DNA of 64,000 nt from a virus. Lineage: Duplodnaviria; Heunggongvirae; Uroviricota; Caudoviricetes. The stretch lies in IMG/VR virus record IMGVR_UViG_3300044712_001463; one strand, 5' to 3'. Below the pieces are notes generated by a model. That model was given only the letters and a program-made list of their open reading frames with translations. It ran no database searches and was not told where the DNA came from. Below are positions 9,487-19,934 of this stretch, one piece after another (the stretch's first letter is position 1; each line of letters opens with the position of its first letter). The translations under genes and the position numbers were made by a program.

Positions 9487-9841
9487 CAAAACTATAAAAA
9501 AAATAAAAGAAACCTCTGATGCGATTGCAGCGATACTAAAAGATTTCGCTAGTATAGTTGCTAGCATAGCTGCTATAGGAACGGCGTCTATAACTGGATA
9601 CATAGAAATTAAGAAACTAACAGTTGTCGCTCTTCAAACAAGAAAAGAAACCAACAAACAAATAAAAGAAATCAGAAGTTCTAGTCCTCTAGGGCACGCA
9701 ACATCTACCACAGAAACCGCTGCGATAGTTGGGATTCCTTCTCCAATCGAAACATATAAGATGGACTACAATACTGGAATACTCGCCTTCTCTCTGCTTG
9801 TCATTCCTGTCATCTGGTTCTTCAAGAAAAAGAAGTCATGA
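9479..9841 (+). CDS. membrane protein (N-amphipathic, C-terminal TM)
   Basis: Hydrophobic C-term LAFSLLVIPVIWFF + KKKK. Confidence 0.45.
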   Translation: MINKTIKKIKETSDAIAAILKDFASIVASIAAIGTASITGYIEIKKLTVVALQTRKETNKQIKEIRSSSPLGHATSTTETAAIVGIPSPIETYKMDYNTGILAFSLLVIPVIWFFKKKKS

Positions 9842-10269
9842 ACTTAATCTCCTTCAGAAAAATTGGAAGTTCTGTTGAGTTATTTTCTTTAGGAGAAAGC
9901 AAGGATACTAGTTGGATTGGCTATGGCGTCTACTTTACAGACAATATTGATAAGATAAAAGAAAAAGGCTTGAGTGACATATTCTCAATTTATATTCCAA
10001 ATAAAGATCGTTTTTTGAACTTAGATAAATCATTAAAAGAACAAAGTGATTATATAAAAGAACTTTTGTCTAAGTTTGATTCAGAAATCTCTGGTAGCCA
10101 ATTATATGATTCGTTTCGCAGGTCTATGGGTAGCGCAGAAAATGTTTCTAAGCATTTGAATGATTTAGGAATTAACGGACTATATACAAGCAGAGATAAT
10201 TCCTTATGGTCCACAATGTTTGTGATATGGGACGATTCAATTCTTGAAAACATGAGGAGAGTAGAATGA
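9838..10269 (+). CDS. hypothetical protein
   Basis: 143 aa coupled ORF. Confidence 0.45.
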   Translation: MNLISFRKIGSSVELFSLGESKDTSWIGYGVYFTDNIDKIKEKGLSDIFSIYIPNKDRFLNLDKSLKEQSDYIKELLSKFDSEISGSQLYDSFRRSMGSAENVSKHLNDLGINGLYTSRDNSLWSTMFVIWDDSILENMRRVE

Positions 10270-11564
10270 GAATTGACCCAATTGTTTTTAAGAACAACCC
10301 ATTGGAGGTTCCTCCAATCAAAGAGATTGAATCTCCTAAGATAAAGAAAAAGAAACAGGATTCAAAAAAACAAAACTTTAAAGATGAATTTCAAGAAGCA
10401 GTTGATAAAATAAAGAAACACTCAAACAGGAAGATAAACAAATACGCTTCGTCAAACAACAAAGGAGAGAATCAAATGAAGAACCAAAGGGATGAAAGAA
10501 TTGAGGAGATGAATAGGATATTTGCGGTGAGCAATATTGAGCACTTGTTTGCTCTTGCTGCCAAGAAAAAAGATGACGACGAAGAAGAGGAAGATACATG
10601 GAGAGAGGAAAAGGATCCTACTGAACTAGAAGACGAAGATGTTGTGATAGAAGATGAAGAAGAGAATCCAGTAGACACTCTTGCTATAGACGCCGACAAA
10701 GAGACTGGAACCGCCGACCCAGTAGATGGCAAAGGAGCGTTTGATGAAGCCGATCATTTTAGCCGCATGCAAGAGAGGCTTGAGACAATAAAGCGTCTTC
10801 TGAACAAGCGCAAGAAGAAGGAAGAGGGAAAGCCAGTTGAGCATGGTCCAGAATCTTCTTTGGAAACCATTCTCAATGAGACTCCAGAAGAAACCAAAAA
10901 GCGTCTTGAAGAACAAGGGCTTACTGTAAAGCCTAAGCGCGATGAGAATGCGATTGAAGAGATGGAAAAGTGGAAGAAGGAAAGATTGGATGCATTTGAT
11001 GCCAAGGTTAAGAGAGAGAAAGAGACAGGAGTGGTAGAAGAACCAAAAGACGAGTTCGATGATAGTATTTTTGAGGAAACTGAGACAGCAGAAGATGAGG
11101 ATGTCTCAGGTAAAAAGAAAAGACAGGAAGTTAACATCCAGTCAAATCTTTTACCAATTGAAGAAGTCATAGAGTTAGCCATTGGAGAAGGAGTTCTAGA
11201 AGACGCAGACGATGCGGTTACGAATGAGTCTAAAGATAAACTAAAAGAAACCCTAGATGAGATTTATGACTTGCTCAAAGAAAACGCAAAAATTTCAAAG
11301 AGACATAAGAGTGAAGAGAGCAAGGGTAAGCACCTAGCACATCTAGATGAAGTGCTTGCCGAAGAAAAAAAGAAAATAGAAGCACAGGTTGACAAAGAAG
11401 ATGTATGTCAATATCTGTTAGCCTACTATCGTAGACAATTAAGATCTCTTAGAATGGAAGAGGACCGAGCATTGCTTATGAGCATAGATGCAGATAAAAA
11501 GACAAAGAAAACCGAAGAGGAGACGGAGCCTCCCAAAGAAGAGGAACCTAAAGAAGAGGAATAA
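10266..11564 (+). CDS. highly acidic KE-rich coiled-coil protein
   Basis: 432 aa, long E/D/K runs (EEEEDTWREEKDPTELEDED). Confidence 0.5.
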   Translation: MRIDPIVFKNNPLEVPPIKEIESPKIKKKKQDSKKQNFKDEFQEAVDKIKKHSNRKINKYASSNNKGENQMKNQRDERIEEMNRIFAVSNIEHLFALAAKKKDDDEEEEDTWREEKDPTELEDEDVVIEDEEENPVDTLAIDADKETGTADPVDGKGAFDEADHFSRMQERLETIKRLLNKRKKKEEGKPVEHGPESSLETILNETPEETKKRLEEQGLTVKPKRDENAIEEMEKWKKERLDAFDAKVKREKETGVVEEPKDEFDDSIFEETETAEDEDVSGKKKRQEVNIQSNLLPIEEVIELAIGEGVLEDADDAVTNESKDKLKETLDEIYDLLKENAKISKRHKSEESKGKHLAHLDEVLAEEKKKIEAQVDKEDVCQYLLAYYRRQLRSLRMEEDRALLMSIDADKKTKKTEEETEPPKEEEPKEEE

Positions 11565-11565
11565 T

Positions 11566-12270
11566 ATGTATTTTGAAATAAAAGACCAAATAAAGATAAT
11601 CGCAGCATTGTCCCTAGCAGATAAAAAGACTGCTAGGGACAATGGCATTTCTTATCGTGAAGCAAATTTATTTGAATCAATTAATAAAATAACCAATACG
11701 TCTAAGAGTGGTGACTATTATTTTAATCCAAAGACTAGAGCTTTTATGATACTCATGCCGCCTAGCAAGGATGCCGAAGCAGAAGATAAAAGCGGTAAGC
11801 CTAAGTGGAAATACATAGAAAGATTGCTAGGAAGAGGTGGAAGAGGTATTTCTGATAACGAGGCGCCGGCAGAGTTTGTTGCTGCTTTAAAAAAACCAGA
11901 ATACTACAAGGGAAATATTATAGAAGCTGGAACCCAAGAAATTAAAGATAAAATTATTCCAGGAAAAGAATATAAATTTAGATTTAAAGAGCCAGATGAG
12001 GAACAGGAAGAAGAAGATTCTATTATAAGAGTAATATTTGAAAGAGTTGGAATGTCAAGAGGCTGGTATAATGCTGGCTCAATATTTTCTCATATAAATG
12101 AACCTGAGAGACTCTACAGATATTTTGGACCAGAATACTATTATAAGTTTAAAACACCAGAAGATGGTATAAAATATAATGCGGTTCCTTTTTCACGGGG
12201 AAATTCATTTGATGGTGGAGTAGACTTAAATGATTACATCTTAAGAGATTATATTGAGGCAGATAAATGA
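11566..12270 (+). CDS. leader family protein with 24-aa N-terminal extension (…GISYREANLFESINK)
   Basis: Leader motif internal at aa ~25; start chosen after upstream stop. Confidence 0.5.
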   Translation: MYFEIKDQIKIIAALSLADKKTARDNGISYREANLFESINKITNTSKSGDYYFNPKTRAFMILMPPSKDAEAEDKSGKPKWKYIERLLGRGGRGISDNEAPAEFVAALKKPEYYKGNIIEAGTQEIKDKIIPGKEYKFRFKEPDEEQEEEDSIIRVIFERVGMSRGWYNAGSIFSHINEPERLYRYFGPEYYYKFKTPEDGIKYNAVPFSRGNSFDGGVDLNDYILRDYIEADK

Positions 12271-12725
12271 TTTCTTATAGAGAAAGAGTTATCAATTTAG
12301 TCAACGATCTCTTGAAAGAAAGAGGAATTAATTATTTGCGCCTTAATGACATTAAATTTGAAGAACCGCCAGCGGTTAGGCTCTCAGAATTTCTTTGGAA
12401 CAAACTTAAATGGGTAGGTAATTCAAAAACAGTCCCAGCTGAAGGCATTCTTTTTATTAAGGGCAACCATAAACTAGAGCCAGGTTGGGAAATTCATGAA
12501 AAAACACATCTTGAGAATCCCGTAGAAGAAGTCACAGACAAATATCCAATAAATGAACAAGAGATAAGACCATTTACAGAACAAATAAAGTTTTATTTAA
12601 CCAAGGGGCTTTCTAAATGGCATATTATTGATTTAATAAAGCAGGATTATGGAAATGATTGGAAAAAAGAATGGGAATCAGTTTTCTCGGATTTAATTGA
12701 TTCAATTAGAGAGGGCTCAAAATGA
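12267..12725 (+). CDS. MISYRE-variant family protein (lacks NLFESLNKQ)
   Basis: N-term MISYRERVINL; ATGA coupling. Confidence 0.6.
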   Translation: MISYRERVINLVNDLLKERGINYLRLNDIKFEEPPAVRLSEFLWNKLKWVGNSKTVPAEGILFIKGNHKLEPGWEIHEKTHLENPVEEVTDKYPINEQEIRPFTEQIKFYLTKGLSKWHIIDLIKQDYGNDWKKEWESVFSDLIDSIREGSK

Positions 12726-13174
12726 TTTCCTATAGAGCAAATCTATTTGAGTCTTTGAATAAGCAAATAGATAATAGCATAAAAATCGGAGACATTTTAT
12801 TTAATAAAGAAAAATGCTCTGTTTTATTTTATCAGGCGCCAGAAAATAGCTACTTTTATTCCTTTGCTATAATCTCTCCAAAAACAAGAAGATTTGTTCC
12901 AGAAGAGACCAATGCAAATAATTTGCTAAATGACAAATCGTATAAAAAAATAGGAAATATATTCCAAATTAAAAACGTTGACATCAATAAATGCGCAGCA
13001 GTTCAGTTCAAATCCCTTATTAATCTTGCTAGTCTTTTAACAAATATAAGTGAGGACACGGAAATAACTCCAGAAATTATAATTAATTATCTTAGACACC
13101 ACTATAAATCGGCTAATTTTATATCAAAAGACCATTTTAAAAAATTAAATGAAATATATGGAGAGAAGAAATGA
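12722..13174 (+). CDS. leader family protein
   Basis: MISYRANLFESLNKQIDNS; ATGA coupling. Confidence 0.7.
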   Translation: MISYRANLFESLNKQIDNSIKIGDILFNKEKCSVLFYQAPENSYFYSFAIISPKTRRFVPEETNANNLLNDKSYKKIGNIFQIKNVDINKCAAVQFKSLINLASLLTNISEDTEITPEIIINYLRHHYKSANFISKDHFKKLNEIYGEKK

Positions 13175-13641
13175 TTTCCCACAGAGCAAATCTATTTGAG
13201 TCTTTGAATAAACAGATTAAAGTTAATATAGGAGAGGACTGGATTGAAATAATAAATCCCTCATCCTTTATTAGTCTTGGAATACATGAGTCACTTGCTG
13301 TAAAATCGGTCCCATTTCTAGTGGGATATAAAGACTTGCGTGAAGTAAATAGCGTTGTCACTCTGATGTCGAATCAAGGGATACATGGAAATTGGAGTAA
13401 TCATCAAATAGATATAGAAGGGTTTTTGAAAATACCATTTTCTTCATATAAAAAAATAAACCCACCAATAAAATATGCTTTTAAAATCAATGAAGAGGTT
13501 ATTTACAAAACCAAGAAACAAAAAACAAAAATCATAAGCCATGTAACTGGAGCCCATGGATGGGGAAATCCAGAATATCTTTTGGATATACAAAATATTG
13601 GCGGTCCCCAGGACGAAGAAAGAATCGAGAGAGTAAAATGA
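13171..13641 (+). CDS. leader family protein, subtype A (WIEII...PIKYAFKINEEV)
   Basis: MISHRANLFESLNKQ; ATGA coupling. Confidence 0.7.
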   Translation: MISHRANLFESLNKQIKVNIGEDWIEIINPSSFISLGIHESLAVKSVPFLVGYKDLREVNSVVTLMSNQGIHGNWSNHQIDIEGFLKIPFSSYKKINPPIKYAFKINEEVIYKTKKQKTKIISHVTGAHGWGNPEYLLDIQNIGGPQDEERIERVK

Positions 13642-14135
13642 TTTCCTACAGAGCAAATCTATTTGAGTCTATAAATAAACAGATTACCATACAGCGCGGC
13701 GCTGTATATGAATGCACAGTATCGTTTTGGGCAAAAGCAGTCAACGAATTGATTACTGGAAATGCTAATAGGTCAATCAATACAAAGGTTTCAGAAAAAT
13801 ATTTATGCATTGGAGGCAAAGACGGAAAGTCATTTTTAAGAGAAAAAATGAATTATGGGCTTGTTCTTTCCGTTGATTCTGTTCAATTAAAAAATAACTT
13901 TAAAAAAATAGGACAATTTAATCTAGATAAATTTAAAAAAGGTGATGAGGTAATTTGGAGTTCTGAAAAGTTTATTTTCTTGGATTATGGATTAAATCCA
14001 GATGGCGAATTAAAAAGTTACTTAATATACAAAAAAGACTATAGAGATAACTCTGACTTATTATTTCTTTCTCCTTCTGCTAATCCAGATGTCAAATATA
14101 TTAAAAAAGAAGGAGATTCAAATGATCTCCTATAG
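13638..14135 (+). CDS. leader family protein
   Basis: Start at internal ATG 13638 (MISYRANLFESINKQ), listed start overlaps upstream. Confidence 0.7.
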   Translation: MISYRANLFESINKQITIQRGAVYECTVSFWAKAVNELITGNANRSINTKVSEKYLCIGGKDGKSFLREKMNYGLVLSVDSVQLKNNFKKIGQFNLDKFKKGDEVIWSSEKFIFLDYGLNPDGELKSYLIYKKDYRDNSDLLFLSPSANPDVKYIKKEGDSNDLL

Positions 14136-14550
14136 AGTCTCAAATCTATTTGAATCACTCAATAAGCAAATGCCGGAAAAAGCACAAGATGCTCCTGGAA
14201 GCATTTATTGGAATGGGTCCAATGGCAGTCTTTATATTAAACTGTATGGTGATGTTTGGGAGACATATCATTACGATTACGATGAACAGTCTTATAGGCA
14301 ATCTGTTAGTTTCGATGGAGTAGATTTGAACGGATTCAAATATATAGGAAATGTTTTTATTCTGAAGAAAACAAAAATCACTAAAGAAATAAAGGGCATA
14401 AATCTTACAGCCGTAGCAGTATTAGAATTAAAAACATTTTTAAATCGAAATAGAAATAAAATGGATATAGAAAATTTGAAGGAAACTATTAAAAATGCTC
14501 TTTTCACAATAGAGTATTTAGATGGAAAAATGGGGAGCTTTAAACAGTGA
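14122..14550 (+). CDS. leader family protein, subtype C (GSIYWNG)
   Basis: MISYRVSNLFESLNKQ; RBS aaggag. Confidence 0.7.
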   Translation: MISYRVSNLFESLNKQMPEKAQDAPGSIYWNGSNGSLYIKLYGDVWETYHYDYDEQSYRQSVSFDGVDLNGFKYIGNVFILKKTKITKEIKGINLTAVAVLELKTFLNRNRNKMDIENLKETIKNALFTIEYLDGKMGSFKQ

Positions 14551-15047
14551 TTTCCTATAGAACCTCAAATCTATTCGATTCTTTGAATAAACAAGTCCCA
14601 AAAATGATTTTTGGACAGACTTGGATTGAAATTATAGATTATAATCCTTTCATTAAAATGCCAGGAGTATCTAGAGTTGCAAATGGAGATATATTCCTTG
14701 TGTCTTATAGAAGAAGGCGCCATATAATAGAGAAACGTCTAGTGCTAATGGGTTTAAAAGAAGAAAATTTCATATGGGATGAGCATGAATTAAGTGTAGA
14801 AGAATTTAATTCATTGCCAAAAACTTCATATAGAATTGTGCCATCTCCGTTGAATTATAAGTTCAAGATAGGTCAAGAAGTAAGGTATGAAGCACTTATG
14901 TATGGAACAGATATAATACCTTATGGAAAAGTAATTAGTTATGCTACTGGTATTGGAAGAGTTGAAGCAAAGTGTTATTTGGTTGAAAAGTCGCCTCAAG
15001 ATGAGCCAATTTTAGAAGATGAATTAATAGCAATGGGTGAAAAATGA
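14547..15047 (+). CDS. leader family protein, subtype A (FGQTWIEIID...NYKFKIGQEV); GTG start
   Basis: GTGA overlap; MISYRTSNLFDSLNKQ. Confidence 0.65.
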   Translation: MISYRTSNLFDSLNKQVPKMIFGQTWIEIIDYNPFIKMPGVSRVANGDIFLVSYRRRRHIIEKRLVLMGLKEENFIWDEHELSVEEFNSLPKTSYRIVPSPLNYKFKIGQEVRYEALMYGTDIIPYGKVISYATGIGRVEAKCYLVEKSPQDEPILEDELIAMGEK

Positions 15048-15499
15048 TCTCCTATAGAACCTCAAATCTATTTGATTCTTTGAATAAACAAATAAGTCCC
15101 TTTAAACTAGGTGACGTATTTACTGTTAAAGAAAATAAAAATGTAACTCTAAATAGTGGTTTCACAGTTTATTCATCAGGAGAATATATTTATTCTCATA
15201 ATGCAAACGGCAAACTTGTATTTCAAATATGTAGAAATTATAAAGATTATGGACTAGTTGATTTATCAGAAGTAAATATGTTTTTTAATAAAATAGGACA
15301 TGCTGAGTTGTATGGCTTCAAGGTTGGAGACCAAATATCTGCTGGTCAAAAAACCGCTAGCATCGATGGTCTATATATAGCGAGAATAGGGTTTACTATT
15401 GATTCAGGACCCAAATTTACTGCTAGAGCATACTTATCTGATACAAAAGACTCAGAAGTCCCAGTTCATGGATGGGATCTTAAGGATGTAAAACGATGA
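15044..15499 (+). CDS. leader family protein, subtype B (LGDVF...FGFKVGD)
   Basis: MISYRTSNLFDSLNKQ. Confidence 0.7.
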   Translation: MISYRTSNLFDSLNKQISPFKLGDVFTVKENKNVTLNSGFTVYSSGEYIYSHNANGKLVFQICRNYKDYGLVDLSEVNMFFNKIGHAELYGFKVGDQISAGQKTASIDGLYIARIGFTIDSGPKFTARAYLSDTKDSEVPVHGWDLKDVKR

Positions 15500-16362
15500 T
15501 TTCCTACAGAGCAAATCTATTTGAGTCTTTGAATAAGCACCTTGGCGGATTTCGGCTTGGGGATATATTTGAAAATAGCGGAAATTCGCATCATTCGCTT
15601 TTTGTATATTCACATAATGTTTCCAATAAAGCAATTTTTATAAGACAGGACCATTCCCAAGACGTTATGGAAATAGATTTAAAAGAAATAAAAGAAGAAT
15701 CCTTAAAAAACCATAATCTTAAATTTGTTAGACATGGAGATTACCAAGGAATAAAAGTTGGTGACCAATATACTTTGAATGAATTAAATTATTTTGTTAT
15801 TGGGCTTGGATTGAATGAATCAGAAGTAGAAAAATTATATCTCAGTTTAGGCAAAATGATTAATATTACAGAAAAAAACACAGTTAGTGTTGCTAGAGAA
15901 GGAATTGAATTCGCGACTTTACCGACTAAAAAAACCGCAAACCTATTTGATTCTATAAATAAGCATCTACAAACTCAAGTGCCGAAGGAGCCACAGGCTG
16001 GCGACATTTTTTGGAATAAGCACTCAGAGAAGATTTGCATATGTTATGCTCCTAAAAATAGATTTTGGTATAGATGGGCAATAATATCGGGTAATGTTCG
16101 CGTTGACCATCAAGATTATAACTCAGACCTAGAAGGATTTACTTATTTGGGAAATATATTCAAAATTCGTCCCGAAGGTGAGAAATTTAAAAAAGAAGGA
16201 TTTGATGCGTGCGGCTTTGAGGACAGTTCCAATGAGGTGCTAGATTGGGTAAGAAGAACAGGAATTGAAAATGTAACAGGTCAAGGTATTATTCAATTTA
16301 TAAAAGATACTGACAAAATTATATGGAAAAATTCCTCAAGCGGAGACATTCAAGAGCCATGA
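15496..16362 (+). CDS. two-module leader family protein (B-like + C-like); internal motif KKTANLFDSINKHL at ~15937
   Basis: Leader core repeated internally after KK. Confidence 0.7.
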   Translation: MISYRANLFESLNKHLGGFRLGDIFENSGNSHHSLFVYSHNVSNKAIFIRQDHSQDVMEIDLKEIKEESLKNHNLKFVRHGDYQGIKVGDQYTLNELNYFVIGLGLNESEVEKLYLSLGKMINITEKNTVSVAREGIEFATLPTKKTANLFDSINKHLQTQVPKEPQAGDIFWNKHSEKICICYAPKNRFWYRWAIISGNVRVDHQDYNSDLEGFTYLGNIFKIRPEGEKFKKEGFDACGFEDSSNEVLDWVRRTGIENVTGQGIIQFIKDTDKIIWKNSSSGDIQEP

Positions 16363-17222
16363 TCTCCTACAGAGCAAACCTATTTGAATCCTTGAATAAG
16401 TTAAATGTTCCACAACTCGGAGACATAGTTGAGACTATTACACCGAATGGAATAAAAATAGCTGGAATAGTTGCGACTGAGGATGGGGCGGACATTGATA
16501 AATCATATGAAGGGAAAAAAGGATATATCTATGTTTATCAGTTTCATTTCTATGATAAGAGTGGATCAGGATTATTTAGAGTTCCAATAAATAGTTTAAA
16601 AAAAATACCAGGAAAACAATTACCAACAAGACCTAAATATTCACCCGGACAGGAAATTGGTCGTGCAAAAATATTAGCAGTAAATTATTCAACAACTGAT
16701 TATCACTATCTTTGTGATGACAGAGGAAATAACAGGATTTGGGTGTATGAAAGTGATTTTGATAAAATCAAATTAAACAAAAAAGCCAATCTATTTGATT
16801 CCTTAAATAAACAAATAAATCCATTTAAGCCAGGCGATGTCTTCGTTCTCAAAAGCTCGAACTTTTTAAATGGAAAAGAATATCCATCTAATTCAATGTG
16901 GATTTATTCTCACAATAATAAATCCACGGGCTTGGCAGTTATGCAAATGAAGCATAGTGAAGAAGATGTTATTGAGATTAGTACTTCAAAAATAGGCTCC
17001 TTATTTAAATTTGTAAGACACTGCGATTTAATGGGATTCGAAATTGGGGATAAGGTAAGGTCTCCGCATGGTGAAGAATATTATATAAAATCCTTTGGCA
17101 TGAACGAAGTCGGAGATGGACAAGCCAAGGCTTATTGTTATAATTCTTTTCGTGGAATTAATCAAAAAGGATATGCGGATTGTGATGCCCAGTTATCCGA
17201 GTTAAAGAAGGTAAAAGAATGA
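16359..17222 (+). CDS. two-module leader family protein (D + B); internal KKANLFDSLNKQI at ~16785
   Basis: Start at ATG 16359; leader repeated internally. Confidence 0.7.
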   Translation: MISYRANLFESLNKLNVPQLGDIVETITPNGIKIAGIVATEDGADIDKSYEGKKGYIYVYQFHFYDKSGSGLFRVPINSLKKIPGKQLPTRPKYSPGQEIGRAKILAVNYSTTDYHYLCDDRGNNRIWVYESDFDKIKLNKKANLFDSLNKQINPFKPGDVFVLKSSNFLNGKEYPSNSMWIYSHNNKSTGLAVMQMKHSEEDVIEISTSKIGSLFKFVRHCDLMGFEIGDKVRSPHGEEYYIKSFGMNEVGDGQAKAYCYNSFRGINQKGYADCDAQLSELKKVKE

Positions 17223-17581
17223 TCTCCTACAGAGCAAATCTATTTGAGTCTCTTCAGAAACAAGTGCCTGTAAAATTTACTACAGGGGATATTATTTATA
17301 TTCCAAACAAAGAAATAGGTGTTTATTATAATGAAAATAGGATGTTTGTTCTTGATAGTGTCTTTGACAATAGAAGACATTCAATTCAAAACTTATTACC
17401 AGGCACTATTGATTCTAGAATAAATTGTCCTAAAGTAGCTTCAAATATAAATCAAAACTATGGCTTTCACTTTACTAACCTTGTTGTGAAATATAATCTA
17501 CATGGAAAAAACGTAGACACAAATATACAAAGATTAAAAGAAATGGCCAAAGACTTTGAAAATGAAAATTTCGAGGCATAA
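17219..17581 (+). CDS. leader family protein (MISYRANLFESLQKQ)
   Basis: ATGA coupling. Confidence 0.7.
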   Translation: MISYRANLFESLQKQVPVKFTTGDIIYIPNKEIGVYYNENRMFVLDSVFDNRRHSIQNLLPGTIDSRINCPKVASNINQNYGFHFTNLVVKYNLHGKNVDTNIQRLKEMAKDFENENFEA

Positions 17582-17583
17582 GA

Positions 17584-18558
17584 ATGATCTCCCATAGAGC
17601 AAATTTATTTGAGTCTATAAATAAACAAATGCCAAAAGTTGTTTTTGGACAAACTTGGATTGAGATAATTGACCCTAAGCCTTTCAATGAAATTTCTGAT
17701 TCTGATAACTACAAATCCAAACAAGTTTATTTACTTGGGTATGCTGGAATCGAATATATTGATGCACATAGAATTCAATTAATGGGAATAACCGATGAGA
17801 CACAACTTTGGGCAGAACATGAGATGGAAGAGGATAATTTTAATAAAATACCAAAAACAGCTTATAGAATAATATCATCACCATTACAATACAAATATAA
17901 AATAGGACAGCTAGTTTATAGTGATAGACAAGGGAACATATGGGAGATAGTAGGTTTTGTAACTGGAGAGCATTCTCCTGAATCAAAGGAATATTTGTGC
18001 AAAGATGTTGTAAGAGATGGTTTAGATACTGTTGTGCGAGAACAAGTAATATATGATCAATTAAAAAAATTAGGTCCAGCCAAAAAAGAGATTCGCAATG
18101 CAAATCTATTTGAATCTCTTAACAAGCATACAAATGCTTATCAGCCTGGGGATGTATTTGAAGCCAAAGGAACAAAGATAGTTAATGGGCTTTGGCATAT
18201 CTCAACAAAATATAGATATGTTTTTTCTCATAAAACTCTCCTAGGTAATATCATAATGCAAAGAGGCGGACACTCAAATGATTGGTCTGTCTTAAGCCTA
18301 GACCAAATAAAAGAATATTTTATTAAAGTTGGTCATGTAGAACTTTATGGATTCAAAGTAGGTGACTTTATACCGAAAGAACCTAATGCCTCCGAATCAG
18401 TATTGAGAAGAGAAATTATTGAAAAGTATCTTATAAGAATAGGTCTTGATTCAAATGACCTTAATTTAGCTAGAGGTTATTTCTCTCCTGAAAAAAATTC
18501 TGATGTGGCTACAGATGGCGTTGCTTTATTATTTATAAAGGACATAAAAAAACAATGA
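17584..18558 (+). CDS. two-module leader family protein (A + B); internal RNANLFESLNKH at ~18100
   Basis: MISHRANLFESINKQ; FGQTWIEIID. Confidence 0.7.
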   Translation: MISHRANLFESINKQMPKVVFGQTWIEIIDPKPFNEISDSDNYKSKQVYLLGYAGIEYIDAHRIQLMGITDETQLWAEHEMEEDNFNKIPKTAYRIISSPLQYKYKIGQLVYSDRQGNIWEIVGFVTGEHSPESKEYLCKDVVRDGLDTVVREQVIYDQLKKLGPAKKEIRNANLFESLNKHTNAYQPGDVFEAKGTKIVNGLWHISTKYRYVFSHKTLLGNIIMQRGGHSNDWSVLSLDQIKEYFIKVGHVELYGFKVGDFIPKEPNASESVLRREIIEKYLIRIGLDSNDLNLARGYFSPEKNSDVATDGVALLFIKDIKKQ

Positions 18559-19034
18559 TCTCCTACAGAGCAAATCTATTTGAGTCACTTCAGAAGCATA
18601 TAAATCTTTATACACCTGGAGATTTATTTGAATCTATTGTTGAATATAAGGAATTCCCACATCAAGGCGATATCGCTGGTAATATTAGAAAGGAAAAAGG
18701 CTACGCTTACCTTTTTTCACATATGAGCGTTGGTAAAATGATTTTAGTTCAAAGAAATCATGGGGCGAATATTATTGACCTAGACCCAAAAGATGTAAAA
18801 AAATATTTAAAGATTATAAGTCATATTGATTTTCTAGGATTCAAGGTTGGTGATGAAATTGTTCAAACTAATTATGAATTAACTGGCAGGCATTATAAAA
18901 TAACCTGCCTAGGACTAAGGTCTGATAATACACCTAAAGCCTATTGTCATGATGCAAGAGATAATGTTTTATATAGATGGGATCCTACTAGAAGTTGCAC
19001 TGAAATAGATCTTTCATTATATAAGAAGGTATAA
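18555..19034 (+). CDS. leader family protein, subtype B
   Basis: MISYRANLFESLQKH; GFKVGDEI. Confidence 0.7.
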   Translation: MISYRANLFESLQKHINLYTPGDLFESIVEYKEFPHQGDIAGNIRKEKGYAYLFSHMSVGKMILVQRNHGANIIDLDPKDVKKYLKIISHIDFLGFKVGDEIVQTNYELTGRHYKITCLGLRSDNTPKAYCHDARDNVLYRWDPTRSCTEIDLSLYKKV

Positions 19035-19038
19035 TCAA

Positions 19039-19491
19039 ATGATTTCTTACAGAACCTCAAATCTATTTGACTCCATTAAGAAACAAATGAATCCATTTAA
19101 GCCTGGAGATGTATTCACGGCTAAAGAAAAATTTCGTTTCCGTGATAGATTTGTTATAGAGCCAGGAATTAATTATATTTTTTCGCATATGAAAGATGAT
19201 AAAATTGTAATGCAAGAACAGGCAGAATGGAGAAGTTGGGGAGAGATTTCTCCTCAAGAAGTCATGAAGTATTTTAATAAAGTAGGAGAAGCAAACTTAT
19301 TTGGCTTTAAGGTAGGAGATAAAGTTGATATTCCTAGTGGAAGTGTAGTAAATCCACGTATAAATGGTTTATATATCATAAGAATAGGGCTTGCTGGTGG
19401 AGAGCCGTTTTCTGCAAGAGGATATTTTAATAGAGGAAAAGAATCAGAAACTCCAGATTATGGATATGATCTTAAGGACATAAAAAAATGA
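19039..19491 (+). CDS. leader family protein, subtype B
   Basis: MISYRTSNLFDSIKKQ; FGFKVGDKV. Confidence 0.7.
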   Translation: MISYRTSNLFDSIKKQMNPFKPGDVFTAKEKFRFRDRFVIEPGINYIFSHMKDDKIVMQEQAEWRSWGEISPQEVMKYFNKVGEANLFGFKVGDKVDIPSGSVVNPRINGLYIIRIGLAGGEPFSARGYFNRGKESETPDYGYDLKDIKK

Positions 19492-19934
19492 TTTCTTACA
19501 GAGCAAATTTATTTGAATCACTTAATAAGCAATTAAATCTCGGTCTTCAAGATGGAGACTTTATAGAATTTAGGGGAAGAACCTATGTTGTCATGCAAAA
19601 TTATATATGGCAACAAGGGAAAGAATTGTTTTTAGAATGTATGGACGATACTGGTAAAAATATTGCGATTAAAAAAGAAGACCTTGAAAAGGAAAAATAT
19701 AAAAAAATAAATCCGCCAATAAAGCCTGCACACAAAGTAGGAGACATGATTGATGGTTGGAAGATAATATCAATTCTATATTCAATTGGTTCTAAAAAAT
19801 TTCAATATGCCGCTATAAATGATGAATTAAAAGAAGCCGTAGAGTTTTATGATTTTGAAGATTTGAAAAGAAAGAAAAGGTCTAATTATAGTAGCCATTA
19901 TTACACAACTTATAAAGAATGGACTTCAAGATGA
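19488..19934 (+). CDS. leader family protein
   Basis: MISYRANLFESLNKQ; PPIKPAHKVGDMI. Confidence 0.7.
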   Translation: MISYRANLFESLNKQLNLGLQDGDFIEFRGRTYVVMQNYIWQQGKELFLECMDDTGKNIAIKKEDLEKEKYKKINPPIKPAHKVGDMIDGWKIISILYSIGSKKFQYAAINDELKEAVEFYDFEDLKRKKRSNYSSHYYTTYKEWTSR

